Part shown: positions 47,354 through 58,181 of the stretch, in pieces
Layout of the letters: each line of letters starts with the position of its first letter
Position numbering within the stretch: the stretch's first letter is position 1
Source: Escherichia coli
GTDB lineage: Bacteria > Pseudomonadota > Gammaproteobacteria > Enterobacterales > Enterobacteriaceae
Assembly (NCBI RefSeq): GCF_003790525.1
Contig: NZ_CP033635.1
DNA: 64,000 bases
Reading direction: 5' to 3' (one strand)
The notes under the pieces: model-generated
Seen by the model: the letters and a program-made list of their open reading frames with translations, nothing else
Told to the model about the DNA's origin: nothing
The model's database searches: none
Position numbers and translations under genes: made by a program

Positions 47354-47495
47354 AGGTGTAGGGTCCAAACGCGGTCGAACACAGCAACTATTTGCGTAAT
47401 TATATGAGGCATTTGCGACAAAAACTGGAACAGGATCTCGTCCGCCCCGCCATTTCATTACTGAAACCGGTATTGGGTATCGGTTTATGCTTTGA
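47354..47495 (+). repeat. degenerate direct repeat of the kdpE 3' end (about 142 bp), non-coding fragment
   Basis: Aligns base-for-base with kdpE 43014-43160 at roughly 90% identity with one 3-bp gap; the last ~50 nt, including the TGA, are identical. Confidence 0.85.
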
Positions 47496-47618
47496 AAAAA
47501 GTGGCAATGTATGGATAAAGTCATTTTTTATTCAAATATAAGGAACTTAATATTTAAAAAATGTCCCATACAATGCCTCATCATAAATGACACCGTAGCA
47601 CACAAGGAGCAAGTAGCG

Positions 47619-48269
47619 ATGCGTGAAGTGAGTCAGTTAGTAAATACTGAAGATTCAGCCTGGCCAATAATCCAGAATTGGTTAAAAGAAGCCACAAACC
47701 ATGCCGAACTCTTACCGGTTAATAAAGATTTAGCCGAAACCGCACTTTATCAATTACAGGTTACAACAAAATCACCGATGGGTGCGCTTGTCTATGGCTC
47801 CGGAGGTCTGCTGATTGATAACGGTTGGTTACGCATAGCAGGCTCTGGTCACCCCCGGTTACCACGAGATCCAGCAAGTTGGACACAACGCCCTGAATTC
47901 GCAAGCGTGCGGGCTTTACCCATCGCCGATGATGTCGCAGGGGGAATTTTTGCTCTTAATGGTGGCGATCTTGGGGAAGATACTGGCTGCGTTTATTATT
48001 TTGCGCCAGATACGCTGAATTGGGAAAGTCTGGAGGTTGGATATTCTGAGTTTCTTCAGTGGGCATTATCCGGTGATTTAGATACCTTCTATGAAAATGT
48101 ACGCTGGCCGCAATGGCAAGAAGACGTAATAAAATTATCGGCAACGGAAGCCTTCACTTTCTACCCTTTCTTATGGGTACAATGTGAAGAAGCAAGAACA
48201 AGAAAAGTTATTTCGCTTACTGAACTCTGGGAAATGCAGTATCAAATGAAAGAAACAATCACGCAATAA
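47619..48269 (+). CDS. uncharacterised protein, YbfG-like (possibly DUF2625)
   Basis: 216-aa ORF from the ATG preceded by AGGAG (MREVSQLVNTEDSAWP...). Family name recalled, not verified. Confidence 0.6.
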   Translation: MREVSQLVNTEDSAWPIIQNWLKEATNHAELLPVNKDLAETALYQLQVTTKSPMGALVYGSGGLLIDNGWLRIAGSGHPRLPRDPASWTQRPEFASVRALPIADDVAGGIFALNGGDLGEDTGCVYYFAPDTLNWESLEVGYSEFLQWALSGDLDTFYENVRWPQWQEDVIKLSATEAFTFYPFLWVQCEEARTRKVISLTELWEMQYQMKETITQ

Positions 48270-48309
48270 GACATGTTCAGGTCCGGGTTTCATTCCCGGA
48301 CTCGCTATT

Positions 48310-48804
48310 TTAATGTGTGTTTATCGCTTTCAATTCTTGCTGGCAATTTTCTGACTGACAGCGTCGCAACTCAATAATCCCTACATGCATCATCGAGCCA
48401 AAAAATCCGCTTTCGCTGACATAATCCTCATTAACTAGCGGTCGAGTGCCGGGCTTACCCTGGCAAATCCCCATAAAAAATGAGGTGTAGCATTGCCATT
48501 CAGGATTTAAACCGGTCTTTTCTTGTGCTGACATATCATGAAGATAAGTAAGTTCTTTTTCGTTCCCGCCTGACAACTGCCAGCGGCGGGTATTATCAGG
48601 TAAGTTATCGCCACGGCAATTTGTCTTACACCGGGAAGGCGCAATATTTACCGTAATGCTCCCCGTTAATCCTCTGGTTTTATCTTTAGGGGTCAGTAAC
48701 CAGTCACCAGCTAATGATGATTGTTCAGGTTGGGCGCATGCTGTCAGCAGTAGTGTGGCGGTAATTAATGCCACTCTGACGACCAGACTCCTTTTGGTCT
48801 TCAT
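48310..48804 (-). CDS. ybfP: lipoprotein YbfP
   Basis: Start set at MKTKRSLVVRVALITATLLLTAC (lipoprotein signal with lipobox LTAC), giving 164 aa. Confidence 0.85.
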   Translation of the reverse strand: MKTKRSLVVRVALITATLLLTACAQPEQSSLAGDWLLTPKDKTRGLTGSITVNIAPSRCKTNCRGDNLPDNTRRWQLSGGNEKELTYLHDMSAQEKTGLNPEWQCYTSFFMGICQGKPGTRPLVNEDYVSESGFFGSMMHVGIIELRRCQSENCQQELKAINTH

Positions 48805-48855
48805 TTTGAATTCCCTTGAGCTATTCAGTTTGTTGGCAAAGTGCTCGTTGTTCAT

Positions 48856-48960
48856 GCCGGATGCGGCGTGAACGTCTTATCCGGCCTACAAAATCGCGTA
48901 AATTCAATATATTGCACCATCTTCCCAAGCCTGATAAGCGTAGCGCATCAGGCAGTCATA
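48856..48960. repeat. REP (repetitive extragenic palindrome) cluster between ybfP and pgm
   Basis: GCCGGATGCGGCGTGAACGTCTTATCCGGCCTAC and GCCTGATAAGCGTAGCGCATCAGGC match the enterobacterial REP consensus. Confidence 0.8.
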
Positions 48961-49008
48961 AGTAAAAAAAGGCGATCTTCTGACCGCCCTTTTTCTTATT
49001 AAATGTGT

Positions 49009-50649
49009 TTACGCGTTTTTCAGAACTTCGCTAACAATCTCAACCGCTTCTTTCTCAATCTGCTTGCGATGTTCTTCCCCGAGGAAGCTTTCGCAGTAGA
49101 TTTTGTATGCGTCTTCTGTGCCTGACGGACGCGCGGCGAACCAGCCGTTGTCAGTCATCACTTTCAGACCGCCAATAGAAGCACCATTACCCGGAGCCGC
49201 CGTCAGGCGTGCGGTGATCGGGTCACCTGCCAGGGTGCTGGAGCTCACCATTTCCGGAGACAGCTTAGACAGCGCCGCTTTTTGTGCGGAAGTCGCAGCT
49301 GCCTGCAAACGGTTATAGCTCGGCGCACCAAAGCGTTCTGCCAGTTCGTTGTAGTGTTCCTGCGGGTTCTTACCAGTGACAGCGGTGATTTCCGCCGCCA
49401 GCAGACACATGATGATGCCGTCTTTATCAGTCGACCACGGCGTGCCGTCGAAACGCAGGAAGGAAGCCCCTGCGCTCTCTTCGCCGCCAAAGCCGAAGCT
49501 GCCATCGAACAGACCATCAACAAACCATTTGAAACCTACCGGGACTTCTACCAGCTTACGGCCCAAGTCATTGACCACACGGTCGATCATCGCAGATGAA
49601 ACCAGCGTTTTACCGACAGCAACATCTTTGCCCCACTGCGGACGGTGCTGGAACAGGTAGTTGATCGCCACCGCCAGGTAGTGGTTCGGATTCATCAAAC
49701 CTGCCGGAGTGACGATACCGTGACGGTCATAATCCGGGTCGTTAGCAAACGCCAGATCGAACTTATCACGCAGTGCCAGCAGACCCGCCATCGCACACTC
49801 GGAGGAGCAGTCCATACGGATCGCACCGTCTTTATCGAGGTGCATAAAGCGGAAGGTTTGATCGACCTGATCGTTAACGATGGTCAGGTTGAGGTTGTAA
49901 TACTCGCCAATGCGCTTCCAGTATTCGATACCGGAACCGCCCAACGGATCAACGCCCAGCGTCAGGCCCGCTTTCTGAATCGCCGCCATATCAACGATAT
50001 CGGCCAGACCTTCCACAAACGGCTGCACCAGATCCTGCTCTTTCACATGACCGGATGCCATCGCTTCGTCGAGGGAGATACGCTTCACGCCTTTCAGGCC
50101 ATCGGCCAGCAGTGCGTTGGCCCTGTCTTCCACCACTTTGGTGACGTTGGTATCAGCCGGGCCACCATTTGGCGGGTTGTACTTGATACCACCATCTTCC
50201 GGCGGGTTATGGGACGGTGTAATCACGATACCGTCTGCCAGCGGGCCACCTTTTTTATTGTGAACCAGGATGGCATTGGAAACGGCAGGCGTTGGAGTGA
50301 AGCCATTGTTTTCCTGCACAATAACATCAACGCCGTTCGCTGCCAGCACTTCCAGAACGGAAATAAACGCAGGCTCGGACAGGGCGTGAGTATCTTTACC
50401 CACATAGCAAGGGCCAGTGATGCCGTTTTTCGCACGTTCTTCAGCAATTGCCTGAGCGATCGCCAGAATGTGCGGCTCGTTAAAGCTGTGGCGCGCTGCA
50501 CTGCCACGGTGACCGGAAGTACCGAATTTCACCGCGTGCTCCGCATTCCCTGCTTCTGGTTTCAGTACATAATATTGCGCCGTCAGTTGGGCGACGTTAA
50601 TCAAATCACTCTGTTGTGCAGGTTGGCCTGCACGATTGTGGATTGCCAT
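49009..50649 (-). CDS. pgm: phosphoglucomutase
   Basis: Start set at [16 protein letters not shown], giving 546 aa; contains the active-site TxSHNP motif. Confidence 0.96.
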   Translation of the reverse strand: MAIHNRAGQPAQQSDLINVAQLTAQYYVLKPEAGNAEHAVKFGTSGHRGSAARHSFNEPHILAIAQAIAEERAKNGITGPCYVGKDTHALSEPAFISVLEVLAANGVDVIVQENNGFTPTPAVSNAILVHNKKGGPLADGIVITPSHNPPEDGGIKYNPPNGGPADTNVTKVVEDRANALLADGLKGVKRISLDEAMASGHVKEQDLVQPFVEGLADIVDMAAIQKAGLTLGVDPLGGSGIEYWKRIGEYYNLNLTIVNDQVDQTFRFMHLDKDGAIRMDCSSECAMAGLLALRDKFDLAFANDPDYDRHGIVTPAGLMNPNHYLAVAINYLFQHRPQWGKDVAVGKTLVSSAMIDRVVNDLGRKLVEVPVGFKWFVDGLFDGSFGFGGEESAGASFLRFDGTPWSTDKDGIIMCLLAAEITAVTGKNPQEHYNELAERFGAPSYNRLQAAATSAQKAALSKLSPEMVSSSTLAGDPITARLTAAPGNGASIGGLKVMTDNGWFAARPSGTEDAYKIYCESFLGEEHRKQIEKEAVEIVSEVLKNA

Positions 50650-50674
50650 TGCTTTGTCCTTTGTCTGCAACGTT

Positions 50675-51220
50675 TTAGATAGTTCCGCAAACCTTCTCAA
50701 TCAATTCCGCCGGGAATTGCATCGACTGCATGATGTGTTCGATCATGCTGCATTTACGGCCGGTGTTGGTGTTGGTGATCACCCAATACGGCGTACCAGG
50801 CACATGTTTCGGCTTGGTCTGATTACCATTTTTCAGCAGCGTTTGTTCATCTGCCGCAAAGTAAACGCGTGTACGACCGTGCAACGATTCCGTTGCTTCG
50901 GCAAACGCCTGGGCGTCAAGAGAATATAGTGTAGACAACAGCAGCATAAAGCGATTGACCGCTCGCTTTTGCTCTGCGTATTCATCCGAAAGCAGAAGTT
51001 CACGCATTGCGCGAACCTTGTCTTTAATCGTTTTGACCGGCTTCGCTTCGACGATAGCAGGTGACGCAACGCGAACCTCTTTCGTCACCGGAGCAGCAGG
51101 CTGTGATGCGGCGGAAAATTTCAACATACGCCGTAAAATGTCGGATGCGCTCTCGCCGATATGCTTAGTGTGGCTGGCAATATAGCTGTAGAGTTCATCA
51201 TCAACTTCAATCGTTTTCAT
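50675..51220 (-). CDS. seqA: replication initiation negative regulator SeqA
   Basis: Start set at [17 protein letters not shown], giving 181 aa. Confidence 0.95.
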
Positions 51221-51404
51221 CTTAATCCAGTGCAGTGTCTTAGCTGAATACAAGTCGCCAGGAGTATATGAATAAATCCCGGCAGCGGATAGCGTCAAGC
51301 CTGGCTTGCAGAAAAACTCGGAATAAACCTTATTTGTTGCAGCCCTGTGGCACAATGGTCAACATAATACCCTAACCCGACAACGCGAAAAAAAGAACTT
51401 TGCC

Positions 51405-52169
51405 ATGAAATTGAATATCCGCGCGCAAACTGCACAAAACCAGCACAATAATTCTCCCATCGTTCTTGTCCATGGTCTGTTTGGCAGCCTCGACAACCTT
51501 GGCGTACTGGCTCGCGATCTGGTAAACGATCACAATATCATCCAGGTTGATATGCGTAACCACGGTCTTTCACCGAGAGATCCGGTAATGAATTACCCGG
51601 CGATGGCGCAGGATCTTGTTGATACCCTGGATGCACAGCAGATCGACAAAGCAACATTTATCGGTCACTCCATGGGCGGTAAAGCGGTAATGGCTCTTAC
51701 TGCACTAGCCCCCGATCGCATTGACAAGCTGGTGGCGATTGATATTGCGCCGGTCGACTATCACGTACGCCGTCATGATGAGATTTTCGCGGCCATCAAC
51801 GCAGTCAGTGAATCAGACGCACAAACACGCCAGCAAGCAGCGGCAATAATGCGCCAGCATCTTAATGAAGAAGGGGTGATTCAGTTTCTGTTAAAATCTT
51901 TTGTTGACGGGGAGTGGCGCTTTAACGTGCCAGTATTGTGGGATCAGTATCCGCATATTGTGGGTTGGGAGAAAATCCCGGCATGGGATCATCCTACCCT
52001 GTTTATCCCTGGCGGCAATTCTCCGTATGTTAGCGAGCAGTACCGTGATGATTTACTGGCACAATTTCCACAGGCTCGGGCGCATGTGATTGCAGGCGCG
52101 GGTCACTGGGTCCATGCTGAAAAACCGGATGCGGTATTACGCGCTATCCGTCGCTATCTCAATGATTAA
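51405..52169 (+). CDS. ybfF: alpha/beta-hydrolase esterase
   Basis: 254-aa translation with the GHSMGG nucleophile elbow. Confidence 0.92.
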   Translation: MKLNIRAQTAQNQHNNSPIVLVHGLFGSLDNLGVLARDLVNDHNIIQVDMRNHGLSPRDPVMNYPAMAQDLVDTLDAQQIDKATFIGHSMGGKAVMALTALAPDRIDKLVAIDIAPVDYHVRRHDEIFAAINAVSESDAQTRQQAAAIMRQHLNEEGVIQFLLKSFVDGEWRFNVPVLWDQYPHIVGWEKIPAWDHPTLFIPGGNSPYVSEQYRDDLLAQFPQARAHVIAGAGHWVHAEKPDAVLRAIRRYLND

Positions 52170-52308
52170 CGCAACTGATTAAAAACCCAGCGTCCGCGTC
52201 GCTTTCCGCGCGTGGGCGTTGGCGTGACTCATCGCGCTGATGTATTATGGCGCGCTATCCATCCGGGCAGGCGCCTGGCTGATTGTTTCCCCCGAAGTCA
52301 CCAAGATC

Positions 52309-52602
52309 ATGGCCAAAGAACAAACGGACCGTACGACATTAGATCTGTTCGCGCACGAGCGTCGACCGGGACGACCGAAAACTAATCCGCTTTCGCGCGA
52401 TGAACAGCTGCGTATTAATAAACGCAACCAACTAAAACGCGACAAAGTACGTGGCCTTAAGCGTGTCGAACTGAAGTTGAACGCGGAAGCTGTCGAGGCA
52501 CTGAACGAGCTGGCGGAATCGCGCAATATGAGCCGTAGCGAGCTGATCGAAGAGATGTTAATGCAGCAACTGGCGGCGCTGCGTAGTCAGGGCATCGTTT
52601 AA
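52309..52602 (+). CDS. ybfE: small DNA-damage-inducible protein YbfE
   Basis: Start set at [14 protein letters not shown], giving 97 aa. Confidence 0.8.
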   Translation: MAKEQTDRTTLDLFAHERRPGRPKTNPLSRDEQLRINKRNQLKRDKVRGLKRVELKLNAEAVEALNELAESRNMSRSELIEEMLMQQLAALRSQGIV

Positions 52603-52741
52603 ATTTCCACTTTCATGTAGCACAGTGTGCAGTCCTGCTCGTTTGCTGATTCCGCAAGACTGCCTGTTCTGCTATGATTGCCTTTATCCGTGGGCAATTT
52701 TCCACCCCCATTTCAATAAGTTTCAAGAGGTTATTTCACTC

Positions 52742-53272
52742 ATGGCTATCACTGGCATCTTTTTCGGCAGCGACACCGGTAATACCGAAAATATCGCAAA
52801 AATGATTCAAAAACAGCTTGGTAAAGACGTTGCCGATGTCCATGACATTGCAAAAAGCAGCAAAGAAGATCTGGAAGCATATGACATTCTGCTGCTGGGC
52901 ATCCCAACCTGGTATTACGGCGAAGCGCAGTGTGACTGGGATGACTTCTTCCCGACTCTCGAAGAGATTGATTTTAATGGTAAACTGGTTGCGCTGTTTG
53001 GTTGTGGCGACCAGGAAGATTACGCAGAATACTTCTGCGATGCATTGGGCACCATCCGCGACATCATTGAACCGCGCGGCGCAACTATCGTTGGTCACTG
53101 GCCAACCGCGGGCTACCACTTCGAAGCGTCAAAAGGTCTGGCTGATGATGACCACTTTGTCGGTCTGGCTATCGACGAAGATCGTCAGCCGGAACTGACC
53201 GCTGAACGTGTAGAAAAATGGGTTAAACAAATTTCTGAAGAGCTGCATCTCGACGAAATTCTCAATGCCTGA
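52742..53272 (+). CDS. fldA: flavodoxin 1
   Basis: Start set at [16 protein letters not shown], giving 176 aa. Confidence 0.96.
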
Positions 53273-53477
53273 TGTGATGCGGCGTAGACTCATGTCTACG
53301 CCGTATTAATAGATAATGCCAATCAAAATAATTGCTACAAATTTGTAACTTTTGCTGTTGTACCTGTACAATGTCCCGGTGTTCAAGTGGCCTTGCCGTT
53401 GTAAATGTAAGCTGTGCCACGTTTTTATTAACAATATTTGCCAGGGACTTGTGGTTTTCATTTAGGCGTGGCAATTC

Positions 53478-53496
53478 TATAATGATACGCATTATC
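53478..53496 (+). promoter_or_regulatory. Fur box in the fur promoter, overlapping the uof start
   Basis: TATAATGATACGCATTATC matches the 19-bp Fur consensus GATAATGATAATCATTATC at about 16 of 19 positions. Confidence 0.65.
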
Positions 53497-53568
53497 TCAA
53501 GAGCAAATTCTGTCACTTCTTCTAATGAAGTGAACCGCTTAGTAACAGGACAGATTCCGCATGACTGA
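53482..53568 (+). CDS. uof: upstream ORF of fur (translationally coupled leader)
   Basis: 28-codon ORF MIRIISRANSVTSSNEVNRLVTGQIPHD whose stop overlaps the fur ATG. Confidence 0.75.
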   Translation: MIRIISRANSVTSSNEVNRLVTGQIPHD

Positions 53569-54007
53569 TAACAATACCGCCCTAAAGAAAGCTGGCCTGA
53601 AAGTAACGCTTCCTCGTTTAAAAATCCTGGAAGTTCTTCAGGAGCCGGACAACCATCACGTCAGTGCGGAAGATTTATACAAACGTCTGATCGATATGGG
53701 TGAAGAAATTGGTCTGGCTACGGTATATCGCGTACTGAACCAGTTTGACGACGCTGGTATCGTCACCCGCCACAATTTTGAAGGCGGTAAATCCGTATTT
53801 GAACTGACACAGCAACATCACCACGATCACCTGATCTGCCTCGACTGCGGCAAGGTAATCGAATTTAGTGATGATTCCATCGAAGCGCGTCAGCGTGAAA
53901 TTGCCGCAAAACATGGCATTCGCCTGACTAACCACAGTCTCTATCTTTACGGTCACTGTGCCGAAGGCGATTGCCGCGAAGATGAGCACGCGCACGAAGG
54001 CAAATAA
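53561..54007 (+). CDS. fur: ferric uptake regulator
   Basis: 148-aa translation recognised as Fur. Confidence 0.98.
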   Translation: MTDNNTALKKAGLKVTLPRLKILEVLQEPDNHHVSAEDLYKRLIDMGEEIGLATVYRVLNQFDDAGIVTRHNFEGGKSVFELTQQHHHDHLICLDCGKVIEFSDDSIEARQREIAAKHGIRLTNHSLYLYGHCAEGDCREDEHAHEGK

Positions 54008-54023
54008 GCCAGCCTGAACGAGA

Positions 54024-54052
54024 AAAGCCAACCTGCGGGTTGGCTTTTTTAT
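54024..54052 (+). terminator. intrinsic terminator downstream of fur
   Basis: Hairpin AAGCCAACC-TGCG-GGTTGGCTT followed by TTTTTAT; A-run on the 5' side. Confidence 0.65.
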
Positions 54053-54090
54053 GCAAGGGAAATAAGAAAAGCGAGAGTTACAGCTCTCAC

Positions 54091-54417
54091 TTATTTGTTA
54101 TTACTGCGAATTTCCTGCCAGACCTTATCACAATCGGCTTTCACCGCCTGATCATTTCCGGTTTGCGTTGCGCGCAGACACTGCTGATAATCCAGTACGC
54201 GGACACTTTCCTGGTCGGCAAACTGCTGATGTTGTTTCTCTTTCTTCAGCACGTTTAACACGCTCTGGCAGGCTTCAATTTTTTCTGGCGAACCTTGTGC
54301 GGTGTTGATACAGGCGCTGTATGCCTCTTTCAGACGACTGTCTTCCTGTGGCGCGGTTGATTGCACACAAGCTACCAGCCCCGATGCCATTATGGCGATG
54401 AGAATCAGTTTTTTCAT
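54091..54417 (-). CDS. chiQ: chitobiose-associated lipoprotein
   Basis: 108-aa translation with a lipoprotein signal (LVACVQ), recognised as YbfN/ChiQ. Confidence 0.88.
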   Translation of the reverse strand: MKKLILIAIMASGLVACVQSTAPQEDSRLKEAYSACINTAQGSPEKIEACQSVLNVLKKEKQHQQFADQESVRVLDYQQCLRATQTGNDQAVKADCDKVWQEIRSNNK

Positions 54418-54466
54418 AGCAAATTCCTCAAACGTGCGGCAGGCACAAAACCTGCCGCGTCGGGCA

Positions 54467-55873
54467 TCAGAAGATGGTGAATGGTGCGATTACCATAAAT
54501 TTCACGTCACGCTCATCCTGGAAGATGTTGCCGTAACCACCGCCCCAGCTTGGGATGTCGGAGTGGTTGTCGTATTCGGTGAAGTGCAGTTTGAACATCG
54601 TGCCTTTGGCGCGACCGTCCTGAATGGTGTACACCGCATCCAGGCTGTAGGCAGACTCTTCAATAGTCCGGTTTTTATCGTAGTACGCATCCGGATTGCT
54701 CTGCCAGGTCGCAGGTTTAGCATCCCATGCGTAAACGTAGGAAGCGCCGATGGCGAAGCCTGGAAGATTCCAGTTTTTCAGGTCATACATCGCACCGAAG
54801 AAGATCGCTTTTTCGCCGTTGGCGTTGAAGTCGGAACGGTTATCCCACCAGATATCCAGGCGACCGTTCGAGGAAGCGTAGGTTGGAGTCATACGTTGCA
54901 GGAAGTATCCCTGCTGACCGTCAGCCTTAACCCAGGTACCTTCGAGGCGCAAATCCACTACGTCAGCCGCCCGGTAACCAAAGGTCAACGCCTGCAGCCA
55001 GGCGGTGCCGTCATAAAGATCGTTGACGCTGCGATCGTCAACTTTATCGCGCGTACCATAGAACTGGTAGCTGGTGGTTAACGGGCTACCGGCGATATCA
55101 AATTTGTAGCTGGCTTTGGCAAAATATTGATCGATATACCCTTCGGCCTGACCAAACGCCGCTTCCAGTACGAAGTTATTTTTGAAGTCGTACTTCGCCC
55201 CAAGGGAGTGTAGATAATCAACTTTGGTGGTTTTATCGTTCTGATAAAACTCATCCATTTCCAGATGCCACGGTGCTTTGTATTCGTTGGTCCACATGTA
55301 GGAGAAACTCAACGCACCAGCATCGCCATAATCAAAATTCGCCCCGGCTTCCGCCCCCTGATAAGTACCCGGCATAAAGCTCCAGTGCGGCGCTAACAGC
55401 GTTTGACCAGTTGGCTGAATGTAACCTGCCCTCGCCCAAACCGGACCGTATTTAAATTTAGCCGCCGCTTTATACAGACTTATACCGCTTTTATCGCCGG
55501 ACCAGTCTTCGTCATAGGCTTTATTACTTTTTGAAAACGCGATTTCGTTCGGGTGAGAGCTGTCGCCGTTTTCTGCCATTTCAATCGCTGTAAACGCGGC
55601 AATATCCAGACCGAACATATCAGCGGCATAGCCAGACTGAAAATCGAGATTAGCGTTCCAGGTGGAGTGAGAAAGGTTGGTTTTATATTTGTCGCCGTCG
55701 GTAACATCTTTACGGTCGCGTTCACGCTGCCAGTAATAGATACCGCCGGTTAAGGTTGAATCGTCGATGAATCCTTCGGCGCGAGCCTCCGGAATTGCCA
55801 TAAAGCCCGACATAGCTGTAACACCGGCGATAGCCAGCGCCAGCGTACTACGTTTGCCACTAAACGCACGCAT
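54467..55873 (-). CDS. chiP: chitoporin (OprD-family outer membrane porin)
   Basis: 468-aa translation ending in the outer-membrane beta-barrel terminal F, recognised as YbfM/ChiP. Confidence 0.93.
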   Translation of the reverse strand: MRAFSGKRSTLALAIAGVTAMSGFMAIPEARAEGFIDDSTLTGGIYYWQRERDRKDVTDGDKYKTNLSHSTWNANLDFQSGYAADMFGLDIAAFTAIEMAENGDSSHPNEIAFSKSNKAYDEDWSGDKSGISLYKAAAKFKYGPVWARAGYIQPTGQTLLAPHWSFMPGTYQGAEAGANFDYGDAGALSFSYMWTNEYKAPWHLEMDEFYQNDKTTKVDYLHSLGAKYDFKNNFVLEAAFGQAEGYIDQYFAKASYKFDIAGSPLTTSYQFYGTRDKVDDRSVNDLYDGTAWLQALTFGYRAADVVDLRLEGTWVKADGQQGYFLQRMTPTYASSNGRLDIWWDNRSDFNANGEKAIFFGAMYDLKNWNLPGFAIGASYVYAWDAKPATWQSNPDAYYDKNRTIEESAYSLDAVYTIQDGRAKGTMFKLHFTEYDNHSDIPSWGGGYGNIFQDERDVKFMVIAPFTIF

Positions 55874-56228
55874 GGGTTAATCCTCTTTGACGTATAAATT
55901 GCTGCACCAAAGGTGAACAGCGAAAAAAATAAAAATTAAAAAAGTAGCGTTGAGAAAAGTCTCGCTGACTACAGGAACAGACTATTTTTCGCGACGCGAA
56001 TTATCAATCTCTTTCTGTAACCAGAATGTAATAACATGAGCAACCGCACATATTTTGATGATTTTTGTTACAAGGCTTAAGTTTGCAGTTGAAAGGCTTG
56101 CAGAAGAATAAAAACGTGAAATTCCAGCAAGATGAAAGCGGTTACATTTTATTTAATTATGATTTGTAATTTTAAATTTGCTTTATGAATAAATTACGAA
56201 GCGGAATTAATTCGCGAAGAAAAGCAGA

Positions 56229-56256
56229 AAAAAAACGCCGCGGAGCGCGGCGTTTG
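56229..56256 (-). terminator. intrinsic terminator downstream of glnS
   Basis: Hairpin ACGCCGCG-GAGC-GCGGCGT with a T-run on the minus strand (A7 on plus) and a T-rich stretch on the other side. Confidence 0.6.
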
Positions 56257-56275
56257 GGTTTGTTTGCTATTTTTT

Positions 56276-56305
56276 GCCGGATGCGGCGTGAACGCTCTAT
56301 CCGAC
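56276..56305. repeat. REP element downstream of glnS
   Basis: GCCGGATGCGGCGTGAACGCTCTATCCGAC matches the REP consensus. Confidence 0.7.
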
Positions 56306-56314
56306 AACGTAAAC

Positions 56315-57979
56315 TTACTCGCCTACTTTCGCCCAGGTATCACGCAGCCCAACGGTGCGGTTAAATACCGGTTTTTCCGCCGTAGAATGGCGGCTGTCGA
56401 GGCAGAAGTAACCTTCACGCTCAAACTGGAATGCTTTACCCGCAACCGCATCTTTCAGCGACGGTTCAGCAAAGCCCTGTTTGATCACCAGCGATTCCGG
56501 GTTAATCACCGACAGGAAATCATCCGCAGCACCAGGGTTCGGCACGCTGAACAGACGGTCATACAAACGGATTTCAACCGGCAGCGCATGTGCCGCGCTC
56601 ACCCAGTGAATAACACCTTTGACTTTACGACCATCTGCCGGATCTTTGCTTAAGGTGTCGGCGTCATAAGTACAGAAGATGGTGGTGATATTGCCTTCGG
56701 CATCTTTCTCCACGCGTTCTGCCTTAATGACGTAAGCATTACGCAGACGCACTTCTTTACCCAGCACCAGACGTTTGTACTGCTTGTTAGCTTCTTCGCG
56801 GAAATCGGCGCGATCGATCCAAATCTCACCGCTAAATGGCACCTGGCGGCTGCCCATTTCCGGTTTATTCGGATGGTTCGGCATGGTAACCATTTCGCCT
56901 TCGCCCTGGTAGTTTTCGATAACCAGTTTCACCGGATCGATAACCGCCATTGCGCGCGGCGCATTTTCGTTGAGATCTTCACGGATGCAGGATTCCAGCG
57001 ACGCCATCTCAATGGTGTTGTCCTGCTTGGTCACGCCGATGCGTTTGCAGAACTCACGAATAGAAGCTGCAGTGTAACCACGACGACGCAGACCGGAAAT
57101 GGTCGGCATACGCGGGTCATCCCAGCCTTCAACGTGCTTGTCGGTCACCAGCAGGTTCAGCTTACGCTTGGACATCACAGTGTATTCCAGATTCAGGCGC
57201 GAGAATTCGTACTGGCGCGGGTGAACAGGAATGGTGATGTTGTCCAGCACCCAGTCGTACAGGCGACGGTTGTCCTGGAACTCAAGCGTACACAGAGAGT
57301 GCGTAATACCTTCCAGCGCATCGCTGATGCAGTGGGTAAAGTCGTACATCGGGTAGATGCACCACTTGTTGCCAGTCTGGTGGTGTTCAGCAAACTTAAT
57401 GCGGTACAGCACCGGATCGCGCATCACGATAAACGGCGAAGCCATGTCGATCTTCGCACGCAGGCAGGCTTTACCTTCTTCAAAACCGCCGGTACGCATT
57501 TTCTCGAACAGCGCCAGGTTCTCTTCAACGCTGCGATCGCGGTACGGGCTGTTTTTACCCGGCTGCGTCAGGGTGCCACGGTATTCGCGGATCTGTTCCG
57601 GTGTCAGTTCATCAACGTACGCCAGGCCTTTATTGATCAGTTCGATCGCATAGGCGTGGAGCTGATCAAAATAATCGGAGGAGTAACGGACGTTACCAGA
57701 CCAGTGAAAACCTAACCACTCAACGTCGTTTTTGATCGACTCAACATACTCGATATCTTCTTTTACCGGGTTAGTGTCGTCGAAACGCAGGTTGCACTGG
57801 CCTTTATAGTCCTGGGCGATCCCGAAGTTCAGGCAGATAGATTTCGCATGGCCAATATGCAGATAGCCATTCGGCTCCGGCGGGAAACGGGTGTGTACTG
57901 TGGTGTGCTTACCACTGGCCAGATCTTCATCGATGATCTGACGAATAAAGTTAGTCGGGCGGGCTTCTGCCTCACTCAT
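56315..57979 (-). CDS. glnS: glutaminyl-tRNA synthetase
   Basis: 554-aa translation with HIGH (HIGHAK) and KMSKS-like (VMSKR) motifs. Confidence 0.98.
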   Translation of the reverse strand: MSEAEARPTNFIRQIIDEDLASGKHTTVHTRFPPEPNGYLHIGHAKSICLNFGIAQDYKGQCNLRFDDTNPVKEDIEYVESIKNDVEWLGFHWSGNVRYSSDYFDQLHAYAIELINKGLAYVDELTPEQIREYRGTLTQPGKNSPYRDRSVEENLALFEKMRTGGFEEGKACLRAKIDMASPFIVMRDPVLYRIKFAEHHQTGNKWCIYPMYDFTHCISDALEGITHSLCTLEFQDNRRLYDWVLDNITIPVHPRQYEFSRLNLEYTVMSKRKLNLLVTDKHVEGWDDPRMPTISGLRRRGYTAASIREFCKRIGVTKQDNTIEMASLESCIREDLNENAPRAMAVIDPVKLVIENYQGEGEMVTMPNHPNKPEMGSRQVPFSGEIWIDRADFREEANKQYKRLVLGKEVRLRNAYVIKAERVEKDAEGNITTIFCTYDADTLSKDPADGRKVKGVIHWVSAAHALPVEIRLYDRLFSVPNPGAADDFLSVINPESLVIKQGFAEPSLKDAVAGKAFQFEREGYFCLDSRHSTAEKPVFNRTVGLRDTWAKVGE

Positions 57980-58135
57980 CGTGGATTCCTCAAAGCGTAA
58001 ACAACGTATAACGGCGTATGATCTTATAAGCGGGACAGGCTGACAACTGTTAGTTAGTGAAAATCGACAATCTCACTGAGATTATGGGGATTATTGATGA
58101 AAAAAAAAGCGGCAGAGAAGATCTCCACCGCTTGT

Positions 58136-58170
58136 CATTGTTGGATGCGACGCTCAAGCGTCGCATCAGG
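58136..58170. repeat. REP-type palindrome downstream of nagE
   Basis: GATGCGACGCT-CA-AGCGTCGCATC perfect inverted repeat within a REP-like context (GCCTGATGCGACGC on the minus strand). Confidence 0.65.
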
Positions 58171-58181
58171 CATAAAGAAGA

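Noticed and set aside
53301-53325. Second Fur-box-like sequence AGATAATGCCAATCAAAATAATTGC downstream of fldA
   Set aside because: A weaker match than the box overlapping the uof start (53478-53496). It may be a genuine auxiliary site but cannot be supported by eye.
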